Notes under the pieces: model-generated
Databases searched by the model: none
Seen by the model: the letters and a program-made list of their open reading frames with translations, nothing else
What the model was told of the DNA's origin: nothing
Translations under genes and position numbers: made by a program
NCBI GenBank assembly: GCA_964016885.1
Contig: OZ024758.1
Location: 9,300,001-9,364,000, forward strand
Direction of reading: 5' to 3'
Source of the DNA: Eledone cirrhosa
Taxonomy: Eukaryota
Length of the DNA stretch: 64,000 bases
In this document: piece after piece, positions 59,301 through 64,000 of the stretch
How positions within the stretch are numbered: the stretch's first letter is position 1
Layout: each line of letters begins with the position of its first letter

Positions 59301-62300
59301 TGTGTCTGTGGAATGCTCAGCCACTTACACGTTAACTTCACGAGCAGGCTATGCTGTTGATTGAACAACTGGAACATTCATTACTGAAACTAATGGGAAT
59401 CCATTCCATTCCAAAGTTTCATTCTTCTTTGGGAGTTCTGTGATGTCTAAATGTTCCATTCTTTGAGAGTTCCGAGAAGTGTTATGTCTAAATGTTTCTT
59501 CTTTCAGGATGTTGTACTGATGAGAGCTCTCAGGGATATGAATCAGCCAAAATTTGTTTTTGAAGATGTTCCTCTTTTCTTGGGTTTGATTATTGACTTG
59601 TTCCCTGGTTTGGATTGCCCTCGTGTGGGGTACCCTGACTTCAATGGTGCAGTTGAAAGTGTTCTTGCTGAGAAGAATTATATTGTTATACCTGAGCAGG
59701 TGAACAGCTTTATTACACAAGAAAGATAAATATTTGAAAATATCAGCATGTTAAAATAGAATTCCTATTAATTCCATTATAGTTAAAAGTATGTAACTTG
59801 AGTGGTCGTTAAATCTTTTGTGTTTCAATTAATTTTGAAAAGAATCACGAATTTGAAGGGATTTAGTATAACTGAATTCCCATTATTAAGCAGTTGTTTG
59901 AAACATAACTCAATAAAAAGTTCTTATATAGAAATTAGGATGAAAGGTTTTAATTGTGAAAATTAAAAAAAATTAAATGAAAAATTAAACGAAAAATGAA
60001 ATGTAAAATGAAATGTTGATTCACACTCTCACCAAGGGATTCATCTTGGATAAAAATAATTGAACTGCTTTTAATAAGAATGGAAAGAGAAAGCAGTCAT
60101 TGTTTTATCCACTTTAATGTCTAGTACTTCTGTACTCTAATTTTGCTGGTGTTTGTTTTACTTTTCAACTCTCTGAATCAATAAAAATTACCTGCCAAAT
60201 GCTAGTTTCAAGGTAATCTTCTTTAACTCTTCAGCCTTATTCAGTTTAACTGTTAGTCTAAAATACTGCTTTAAATATCAATGATTGATTTTGTAAAATT
60301 TGATAAAGTCCTTTAGTTCTATGTTGTAAATATTAGTAAATATTTTCACTGGAGAGAGATGTAGTGATATTACTATTTATCTGTAATTTCATTGTTTCCT
60401 TCTAAAGGTTGATAAAGTGGTTCAACTTTATGAAACCATGATGACTCGACATACAACAATGATTGTAGGTCCAACTGGTGGTGGAAAATCTGTTGTTATC
60501 AAAGCATTGGTTGATGCACAAACAAGGTATGTTTATTTGGTTACTTTTATAACAACTGCAGGCAGGGAATTAGCAGAGTCATTAGAGCGTTGTATAGAAT
60601 ATTTCGTGGTATTCTTCTGGTTTTCTGCCAAGGTCAACTTTGCCTTTCATCCATTTGAGGTCAATAAAAAATGTACCAGTCAAGTAGTGGGGTCGATTCT
60701 TCCTTTATATCTCTTTCTCACTTGTATTCTCTCATTTTCTATCTTGCTGTATTCAGACTTGGAGAGGAGATGGGCTCTGCCAGATTTTGTGTCATTTAAC
60801 AGTGGAACCTTTTATCACATGTCCCACATTCCATAGCTAGGTTTCTGAGCCTGCAACAAAAGTATAATTGAATAAAACCTCTTGATTGATGAGAGCGTGT
60901 TTACTATAATATACTTTTCTACCGTTTCCAGACTTGGCATAACTACTAAAATCTATACAATAAACCCAAAGGACCGCAGTGTCATTGAATTATATGGCAT
61001 CTTGGACCCTAGTACACGAGATTGGACTGATGGATTGTTGTCAAACATTTTCAGAGATATTAATAAAGTTTCAGAAAAAAAAGAACGAAAATACATTTTG
61101 TTTGACGGAGATGTTGATGCATTGTGGGTAGAAAATATGAACTCAGTGATGGATGACAACCGTTTGCTGACCCTGGCTAATGGAGAACGGATACGGCTTC
61201 AGAAACATTGTGCACTCCTCTTTGAAGTATGTCTAAACACTTTCCATCATCCTCCTCATCATCGTCACCACCACAACTACCACCTCCACCACCATTATCA
61301 CCAGCACCACCACCACCTCCACCACCATTATCACCACCACCACCACCACCACCACAATTTTCAGATAGCATGATTTATTTGTAAGTGCTTGGGTATATGA
61401 TTTAAAAGGCTATAAAGTTCTTATATTTTTTTTTTTATATGTTGTACTACTAGTAATACTAGTAGTACTTAGAACTACTTACTACTAGTACTAGTAGTAC
61501 TAATAGCACTCACTATTTGTGTTATATGTCTTCTTTATTTTTCCTGTTATTGTAGGTATTTGACTTACAGTATGCTTCTCCAGCCACAGTTTCTCGTTGT
61601 GGAATGGTTTATGTTGACCCCAAAAACCTAGGCTATGCTCCTTTTTGGGAGAAATGGTTGAATGCTCAGCCGAATAAATATATGAGAGATGAGTTTAAAA
61701 TGCTCTATCGGAAATATGTTAATGTTTGTATTGAACTGGTTGTTGAAGGAATGGCAAATGCAAGACCTGTGGAAAAACTGAAAACTATTCTTCCACAGAC
61801 AAATCTCAATATGGTAAACTTCCTTTTATTTTCCTTGAAATATAACTTTTATCTACATAGTTTTCTTGTCTCTTTTTTTCTTTTGAATTCCTATCAGCAG
61901 TGAACCCAACTAGTTAGTTCATGGTAAATTGTGTAGTATGAAAGCTATAGTAGTTTGTTGAAGACCACACTGCAGTGGTCTGTGTAACCTACTTAAATTT
62001 GAAAATTGAGCCTCTGCAATTTATTAATTTGTTGAGAAGTAATCAATGTATCCCACCAAAGTATTCAAACCAAATATTACATAAAATGTTAGTTTTAAGT
62101 AAAGAAATATTTTAATTAAGCACTTTCTTTGCAACGAGTTGTACTCCCTGAACAAACTGATAGCTGCACAAAGCCACTGAGAGTTAACTGTCTTTTCCAG
62201 TGATGTTGTATGAACTATCACATGTATAATCAGAAGGTAAATGGCCTCTCTAGTAATCTATTTGGCTGTAATTTGTAGCACTGATAAGAAAAAAGCCTCA

Positions 62301-63044
62301 GGGTAGAATGCAAAAGCTGCTGCCACAGACTAGTAACAGTCTATGGATGTATAGCGAGAGTACTGGGTTGTATGAATGTAACAAGGAATACGTTGTTTGT
62401 TTGTAGATAATATTTAATTAACAATGGTAGATAGTATAGTTGACATGTCAAAGATGAGGATGATAGAATGAAGCAAAGTTAGTAGTTACCGTTTTGATTG
62501 CCAGGCAAACGCGGCTGGCAGAGGATGCCTGGCTAAGGCCAGGCGCCTGTTGGCCAAATGAATGGCAGAGCCAAATGAGAGGCTCTTGACCTGGTGCCGA
62601 AAAGGCAATGAGAGAATGAGAACCTAAAGTTGTTAGTTTTATAGGGTTCTGACCGGAAGTTGCAGAAAGGGTTCTACTTCCCGTCTAGATGATAACCCAA
62701 ACAAGGGAGACAACCGCTACAGATGTTTAAGGAAGTAACAAAATGTTATTCACTCAGCCAATCTACCTCATCATTATAATTATATGGTTAATAATTATAT
62801 GGTTAATAAAGTTGTTGGTCTGTTGGCTTTATCTTTTTCTAGGTCAAACAATTAACAAGCATGCTAGATGCTCTCATAACTAATGAAATACTTAATGCTG
62901 ATGTTTTGGAGGCTAACTTTTTGTTAGCATTGTATTGGTCAATTGGTGCTTGTATTGTTGATCAACACAGACCTAGGTTTGATGATTTTGTGAAAAGCCT
63001 TGCTTCCTTACCAAGTGCTCAAAGTAATACTTGTATAGTTGCAG
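14215..63044 (+). CDS. DNAH10: Axonemal dynein heavy chain 10 (inner arm I1/f alpha type), exons 1-40, 3' part outside window
   Basis: Starts [13 protein letters not shown] like vertebrate DNAH10; 40 GT-AG exons with consistent phase sum to 7543 nt with no stop; AAA1 [25 protein letters not shown] and AAA2 [18 protein letters not shown]. Confidence 0.93.
14555..14745 (+). mobile_element. CRE-clade C-terminal fragment
   Basis: [44 protein letters not shown]; GC-rich island. Confidence 0.65.
14960..15210 (+). mobile_element. CRE-clade RT N-terminal fragment
   Basis: [38 protein letters not shown] resembles A.L....K..GG.RPIAVG. Confidence 0.5.
15457..15840 (+). mobile_element. SINE family A
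   Basis: Same head, core and tail. Confidence 0.83.
15895..17450 (+). mobile_element. RTE-clade LINE, degraded, RT domain to 3' end
   Basis: [59 protein letters not shown]; (TGA)n tail; frameshifts. Confidence 0.88.
17688..17774 (+). CDS. DNAH10: DNAH10 exon 2 (acidic, poorly conserved)
   Basis: tttatag|AA CAT GAT..TTT GGA G|GTAAGT; 87 nt, phase 1-1. Confidence 0.62.
18731..18822 (+). CDS. DNAH10: DNAH10 exon 3 (acidic)
   Basis: ctgttgaaag|AT TTT GAT..CAA ACA|GTGAGT; phase 1-0, required to join exon 4. Confidence 0.68.
19363..19584 (+). CDS. DNAH10: DNAH10 exon 4
   Basis: ttttccag|[29 protein letters not shown]|GTAAGT. Confidence 0.85.
19600..20010 (-). mobile_element. Two tandem SINE family B copies
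   Basis: Same core; other copies ~6160-6375, 9490-9655, 25420-25610, 30880-31070 (minus) and 34425-34605, 53215-53330 (plus). Confidence 0.78.
20381..21174 (+). CDS. DNAH10: DNAH10 exon 5 (DHC_N1)
   Basis: cctag|[38 protein letters not shown]|GTGAGT. Confidence 0.93.
21312..22000 (-). mobile_element. Tandem cluster of tRNA-derived SINE family B (Meta-type core)
   Basis: Head GGCGG..TGGCAGTATCGGTAGAGC..GAGTTCAAATCCCGCC, core GCCTTTCATCCTTACGGGGTCGATAAAATAAAGTACCAG, (ATT)n tail; 3 full copies plus 1 partial. Confidence 0.8.
22231..22434. mobile_element. piggyBac-type MITE family 2 (older, AT-rich)
   Basis: TTAACTCTTT..AAAGGGTTAA; related copies ~31256-31480, ~42930-43413, ~47684-48068. Confidence 0.6.
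23176..23374 (+). CDS. DNAH10: DNAH10 exon 6
   Basis: tctag|[28 protein letters not shown]|GTAGTT. Confidence 0.92.
24012..24128 (+). CDS. DNAH10: DNAH10 exon 7
   Basis: [26 protein letters not shown]; AG/GT bounded, 117 nt. Confidence 0.92.
24148..24358. mobile_element. piggyBac-type MITE family 1 copy
   Basis: Near-identical to 102-329; begins ~20 nt after the exon 7 donor. Confidence 0.78.
25730..25978 (+). CDS. DNAH10: DNAH10 exon 8
   Basis: [29 protein letters not shown]|GTGAGT. Confidence 0.92.
26403..26579 (+). CDS. DNAH10: DNAH10 exon 9
   Basis: [18 protein letters not shown]; ends AAG|GTAAGG. Confidence 0.9.
26640..27150 (+). mobile_element. RTE-clade LINE fragment
   Basis: [31 protein letters not shown]. 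Confidence 0.85.
27216..27270 (+). ncRNA. Second, different hammerhead-like motif (slightly degenerate)
   Basis: actgc-CTGAAGA-GGT cac AGCCA atga TGGCT atc ACC-GAAA-tatata-TA-tcagt; palindromic stem III; one mismatch at base of stem I. Confidence 0.5.
27441..27567. repeat. Perfect palindrome, 63-bp arms, 1-nt spacer
   Basis: 27441-27503 is the exact reverse complement of 27505-27567. Confidence 0.95.
27502..27550 (+). ncRNA. Type I hammerhead ribozyme-like motif (Penelope/retrozyme type)
   Basis: gattc-CTGATGA-t ttc taaa gaa t-GAAA-cag ttctggtc ctg-TA-gaatc: stem I GATTC/GAATC, stem II TTC/GAA, stem III ACAG/CTGT, GUA triplet (predicted cut after 27545). Confidence 0.6.
27713..27902 (+). 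CDS. DNAH10: DNAH10 exon 10
   Basis: atcaag|[29 protein letters not shown]|GTAAGT; weak AAG acceptor. Confidence 0.83.
28779..28909 (+). CDS. DNAH10: DNAH10 exon 11
   Basis: [26 protein letters not shown]|GTAAAG; phase 1-0. Confidence 0.9.
29060..29900 (+). mobile_element. RTE-clade LINE fragment (APE endonuclease fused by deletion to RT start)
   Basis: [44 protein letters not shown]. Confidence 0.85.
30267..30353 (+). CDS. DNAH10: DNAH10 exon 12
   Basis: tttcag|[20 protein letters not shown]|GTTGGT. Confidence 0.88.
31564..31777. mobile_element. Tc1/mariner-superfamily MITE
   Basis: TACTGTATATACTCAAATATAAGC..GCTTATATTCAAGTATATACAGTA; relative at 47786-47931. Confidence 0.7.
31823..31936 (+). 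CDS. DNAH10: DNAH10 exon 13
   Basis: [15 protein letters not shown]; ttttag|GTAAGC..TCG|GTGAGT. Confidence 0.9.
32050..32800. repeat. Higher-order minisatellite of 87- and 48-bp units
   Basis: Unit order 87,48,87,87,87,48,87,87; core GTGCTGGTGCCACAACAAAAAGCACC. Confidence 0.9.
33717..33857 (+). CDS. DNAH10: DNAH10 exon 14
   Basis: [19 protein letters not shown]; AAG|GTATGA. Confidence 0.9.
33945..34420. repeat. (GTT/GGT)n low-complexity tract
   Basis: Direct inspection. Confidence 0.9.
34647..34835 (+). CDS. DNAH10: DNAH10 exon 15
   Basis: [33 protein letters not shown]. Confidence 0.92.
35040..35598 (-). mobile_element. Old RTE-clade LINE fragment abutting the exon 16 acceptor
   Basis: Minus strand [35 protein letters not shown]; contains a 23-bp tandem at 35401-35495. 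Confidence 0.72.
35599..35759 (+). CDS. DNAH10: DNAH10 exon 16
   Basis: [30 protein letters not shown]|GTAAGG. Confidence 0.88.
35866..36458. mobile_element. Inverted pair of family A2-like SINEs
   Basis: Plus head GAAGGCATGTGGCTTTGTGG.. and minus copy ending CCACTAGGCTATGTGCCTC. Confidence 0.65.
36460..37430. repeat. 29-bp minisatellite, ~33 copies
   Basis: TATAACCCATGGTCAGTCTGTCATGGGTA. Confidence 0.95.
37602..37833 (+). CDS. DNAH10: DNAH10 exon 17
   Basis: [20 protein letters not shown]|GTAAGT. Confidence 0.9.
38598..38875. mobile_element. Mariner-type MITE (composite, internally inverted)
   Basis: TACAAGGGCTGGCTGAAAAGTTCATAGGCTG..CAGTCTATGAACTTTACAGTCAACCCTCATA, TA flanks. Confidence 0.7.
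38950..39090. repeat. ~24-bp CA-rich tandem repeat
   Basis: CACAGCTATACTCACACACACACT. Confidence 0.8.
39239..39493 (+). CDS. DNAH10: DNAH10 exon 18
   Basis: [21 protein letters not shown]; ctccag|..GTG|GTTAGT. Confidence 0.88.
39555..39772 (+). mobile_element. 3' end of another RTE-like LINE family
   Basis: [20 protein letters not shown]; copies 48770-49040 (+) and 46385-46565 (-). Confidence 0.6.
40099..40257 (+). CDS. DNAH10: DNAH10 exon 19
   Basis: [22 protein letters not shown]; CCG|GTAGGT. Confidence 0.9.
40347..40640. mobile_element. Tigger/pogo-type MITE copy
   Basis: TACAGTGGAATCTTGGTTCATGA..TCATGAACCAAAGTTCCACTGTA. Confidence 0.7.
41078..41450 (+). mobile_element. SINE family A2, full length
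   Basis: TGGTCTAGTGG A box, GGTTTGATTCC B box, core GTGTTCTTGAGCAAAACACTT, GACTTTACC tail; another copy ~26130-26330. Confidence 0.7.
41475..41591 (+). CDS. DNAH10: DNAH10 exon 20
   Basis: VTEEEK..WDDL..VKKTFTE|GTAAGT. Confidence 0.88.
41909..42011 (+). CDS. DNAH10: DNAH10 exon 21
   Basis: [20 protein letters not shown]|GTTTGG. Confidence 0.88.
42724..42902 (+). CDS. DNAH10: DNAH10 exon 22
   Basis: [18 protein letters not shown]; AAG|GTAAGT. Confidence 0.92.
43455..43666 (+). CDS. DNAH10: DNAH10 exon 23 (start of linker/DHC_N2)
   Basis: [28 protein letters not shown]|GTTTGT. Confidence 0.92.
44296..44368. repeat. (TAG)n microsatellite
   Basis: Direct inspection. Confidence 0.9.
44480..44636 (+). 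CDS. DNAH10: DNAH10 exon 24
   Basis: [26 protein letters not shown]|GTGAGT. Confidence 0.92.
45528..45761 (+). CDS. DNAH10: DNAH10 exon 25
   Basis: [31 protein letters not shown]. Confidence 0.92.
45859..45981 (+). CDS. DNAH10: DNAH10 exon 26
   Basis: [32 protein letters not shown]. Confidence 0.93.
46874..47107 (+). CDS. DNAH10: DNAH10 exon 27
   Basis: [35 protein letters not shown]. Confidence 0.94.
47200..47640. repeat. Interspersed LTR-like repeat shared with ~20045-20285
   Basis: ACAGACTC(T/A)ACACCTAGGTCAGAG..GTGTTT shared by both sites. Confidence 0.45.
48204..48430 (+). CDS. DNAH10: DNAH10 exon 28
   Basis: [25 protein letters not shown]; CG|GTAGGT. Confidence 0.92.
49553..49721 (+). 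CDS. DNAH10: DNAH10 exon 29
   Basis: [20 protein letters not shown]; phase 2-0. Confidence 0.92.
49807..49993. mobile_element. Mariner-type MITE copy
   Basis: Same TIR and internal sequence as 38598-38875. Confidence 0.68.
51160..52537. repeat. 36/37-bp minisatellite (~22 copies) interrupted by a LINE
   Basis: ACACACAAACATTATTGGTGATAAGCTGTTTTATAT. Confidence 0.95.
51220..51787 (-). mobile_element. 5'-truncated RTE/RTE-X-like LINE with (TAGA)n tail and 7-bp TSD
   Basis: [32 protein letters not shown]; CAAACAT at 51213-51219 and 51788-51794. Confidence 0.85.
52670..53110. repeat. CA-rich compound microsatellite with 63-bp higher-order period
   Basis: GCTATCTATCTCTCTC at 52751, 52814, 52877. 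Confidence 0.85.
53633..53733 (+). CDS. DNAH10: DNAH10 exon 30
   Basis: [19 protein letters not shown]|GTTTGT. Confidence 0.92.
53752..53900. repeat. (ACATGTAC)n alternating purine-pyrimidine repeat
   Basis: Direct inspection. Confidence 0.9.
54034..54261. mobile_element. piggyBac-type MITE family 1 copy nested in a family 2 MITE (~53975-54395)
   Basis: TTAA-flanked; surrounding sequence is the reverse complement of the 22231-22434 family. Confidence 0.72.
54521..54704 (+). CDS. DNAH10: DNAH10 exon 31 (start AAA1)
   Basis: [38 protein letters not shown]. Confidence 0.95.
54890..56219 (+). mobile_element. Gypsy LTR retrotransposon remnant (RT, integrase, PPT, putative 3' LTR)
   Basis: [21 protein letters not shown]; [31 protein letters not shown]; SPAELMFAR; PPT AAAAAGGGAGA then TGTTG (55975)..TAACA (56219). 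Confidence 0.8.
56237..56371 (+). CDS. DNAH10: DNAH10 exon 32 (AAA1 Walker A)
   Basis: [19 protein letters not shown]. Confidence 0.95.
56551..56912 (+). mobile_element. SINE family A
   Basis: Same head and core; (GAT)n tail. Confidence 0.83.
56961..57113 (+). CDS. DNAH10: DNAH10 exon 33 (AAA1 Walker B)
   Basis: [12 protein letters not shown]. Confidence 0.95.
57901..58089 (+). CDS. DNAH10: DNAH10 exon 34 (AAA1 sensor I)
   Basis: [26 protein letters not shown]. Confidence 0.95.
58381..58527 (+). CDS. DNAH10: DNAH10 exon 35
   Basis: [24 protein letters not shown]. Confidence 0.95.
58690..59020 (+). mobile_element. RTE-clade LINE fragment
   Basis: [28 protein letters not shown]. Confidence 0.72.
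59050..59400 (+). mobile_element. Old tRNA-derived SINE (third family)
   Basis: TGGCCAAATGG A box, GGTTCAATCC B box, TCTTGAGCAAGTGTC core. Confidence 0.55.
59508..59699 (+). CDS. DNAH10: DNAH10 exon 36
   Basis: [31 protein letters not shown]. Confidence 0.94.
60408..60526 (+). CDS. DNAH10: DNAH10 exon 37 (AAA2 Walker A)
   Basis: [26 protein letters not shown]. Confidence 0.94.
60932..61226 (+). CDS. DNAH10: DNAH10 exon 38 (AAA2)
   Basis: [46 protein letters not shown]. Confidence 0.95.
61245..61355. repeat. (CAC/CAT)n microsatellite
   Basis: Direct inspection. Confidence 0.9.
61556..61813 (+). CDS. DNAH10: DNAH10 exon 39
   Basis: [22 protein letters not shown]. Confidence 0.94.
62350..62721 (-). 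mobile_element. Solo LTR, 372 bp, 4-bp TSD
   Basis: Termini TATAGCG/CGCTACA, GATG on both sides, minus-strand CTATAAAA and ATTAAA. Confidence 0.6.
62843..63044 (+). CDS. DNAH10: DNAH10 exon 40 (last in window)
   Basis: [28 protein letters not shown]; GCA G|GTAAGA. Confidence 0.9.
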
Positions 63045-63159
63045 GTAAGAGAATTTCGTTTATTATTTAATAATTTGAAAAATAGATTTATAAGGGCCAT
63101 ATAGATGGGGGAATGGGAAGACTGGATGAAATAGTTAGTGTAAATTTATTTATAAGGGT

Positions 63160-64000
63160 TGTATAGGCTAGGGAAATGGGAAGTCTGGATGAGGGTGTTG
63201 GTGTAGCTGTATAGGCTAGGGAAATGGGAAGTCTGGATGAGGGTGTTGGTGTCGCTGTATAGGCTGGGGGAAATGGGAAGACTAGATGAGGGTGTTGGTG
63301 TCGCTGTATAGGCTGGGGAAATGGGAAGACTAGATGAGGGTGTTGGTGTCGCTGTATATGCTGGGGAAATGGGAAGACTGGGGTTTGGTGTCGCTGTATA
63401 GGCTGGGGAAATGGGAAGACTAGATGAGGGTGTTGGTGTCGCTGTATAGGCTGGGGAAATGGGAAGACTAGATGAGGGTGTTGGTGTCGCTGTATATGCT
63501 GGGGAAATGGGAAGACTGGGGTTTGGTGTCGCTGTATAGGCTGGGGAAATGGGAAGACTAGATGAGGGTGTTGGTGTCGCTGTATAGGCTGGGGAAATGG
63601 GAAGACTAGATGAGGGTGTTGGTGTCGCTGTATAGGCTGGGGAAATGGGAAGACTAGATGAGGGTGTTGGTGTCGCTGTATAGGCTGGGGAAATCGGAAG
63701 ACTAGATGAGGGTGTTGGTGTCGCTGTATAGGCTGGGGAAATGGGAAGACTAGATGAGGGTGTTGGTGTCGCTGTATAGGCTGGGGAAATGGGAAGACTA
63801 GATGAGGGTGTTGGTGTCGCTGTATAGGCTGGGGAAATGGGAAGACTAGATGAGGGTGTTGGTGTTGCTGTATAGGCTGGGGAAATGGGAAGACTGGGGT
63901 TTGGTGTAGCTGTATAGGCTGGGGAAATGGGAAGACTGGGGTTTGGTGTAGCTGTATAGGCTGGGGAAATGGGAAGACTGGGGTTTGGTGTAGCTGTATA
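63160..64000. repeat. G-rich 48/42-bp minisatellite, runs off window
   Basis: GGCTGGGGAAATGGGAAGACTAGATGAGGGTGTTGGTGTCGCTGTATA and a 42-bp variant. Confidence 0.95.

Overview
AT-rich, repeat-dense animal genomic DNA. The SINE/RTE repertoire looks like an octopus or other coleoid cephalopod; this is inference, not a database match. Two genes sit head-to-head about 1.24 kb apart. The first is a complete two-exon Asp/Asn beta-hydroxylase-domain gene (ASPHD1/2-like, minus strand, join 12975-12252 and 5133-4907, 316 aa). The second is the 5' ~55% of an axonemal dynein heavy chain, DNAH10 (plus strand): 40 GT-AG exons assembled by hand with consistent phases, 7543 nt (~2514 aa), covering tail, linker, AAA1 and AAA2, and continuing past the window. 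Introns are filled with tRNA-derived SINEs, RTE/RTE-X/CR1/CRE/Penelope/Gypsy remnants, piggyBac-, mariner- and Tigger-type MITEs, and minisatellites. The most notable signals are: (1) several hammerhead-ribozyme motifs in introns of both genes, one locked in a perfect 127-bp palindrome; (2) a genomic Gln (CAA) at the 2-oxoglutarate-binding Arg of the hydroxylase, restorable by one A-to-I edit; (3) a dynein 3' splice site apparently built from an antisense RTE fragment; (4) minisatellites born from SINE modules. All coordinates were read by eye; repeat boundaries are approximate.
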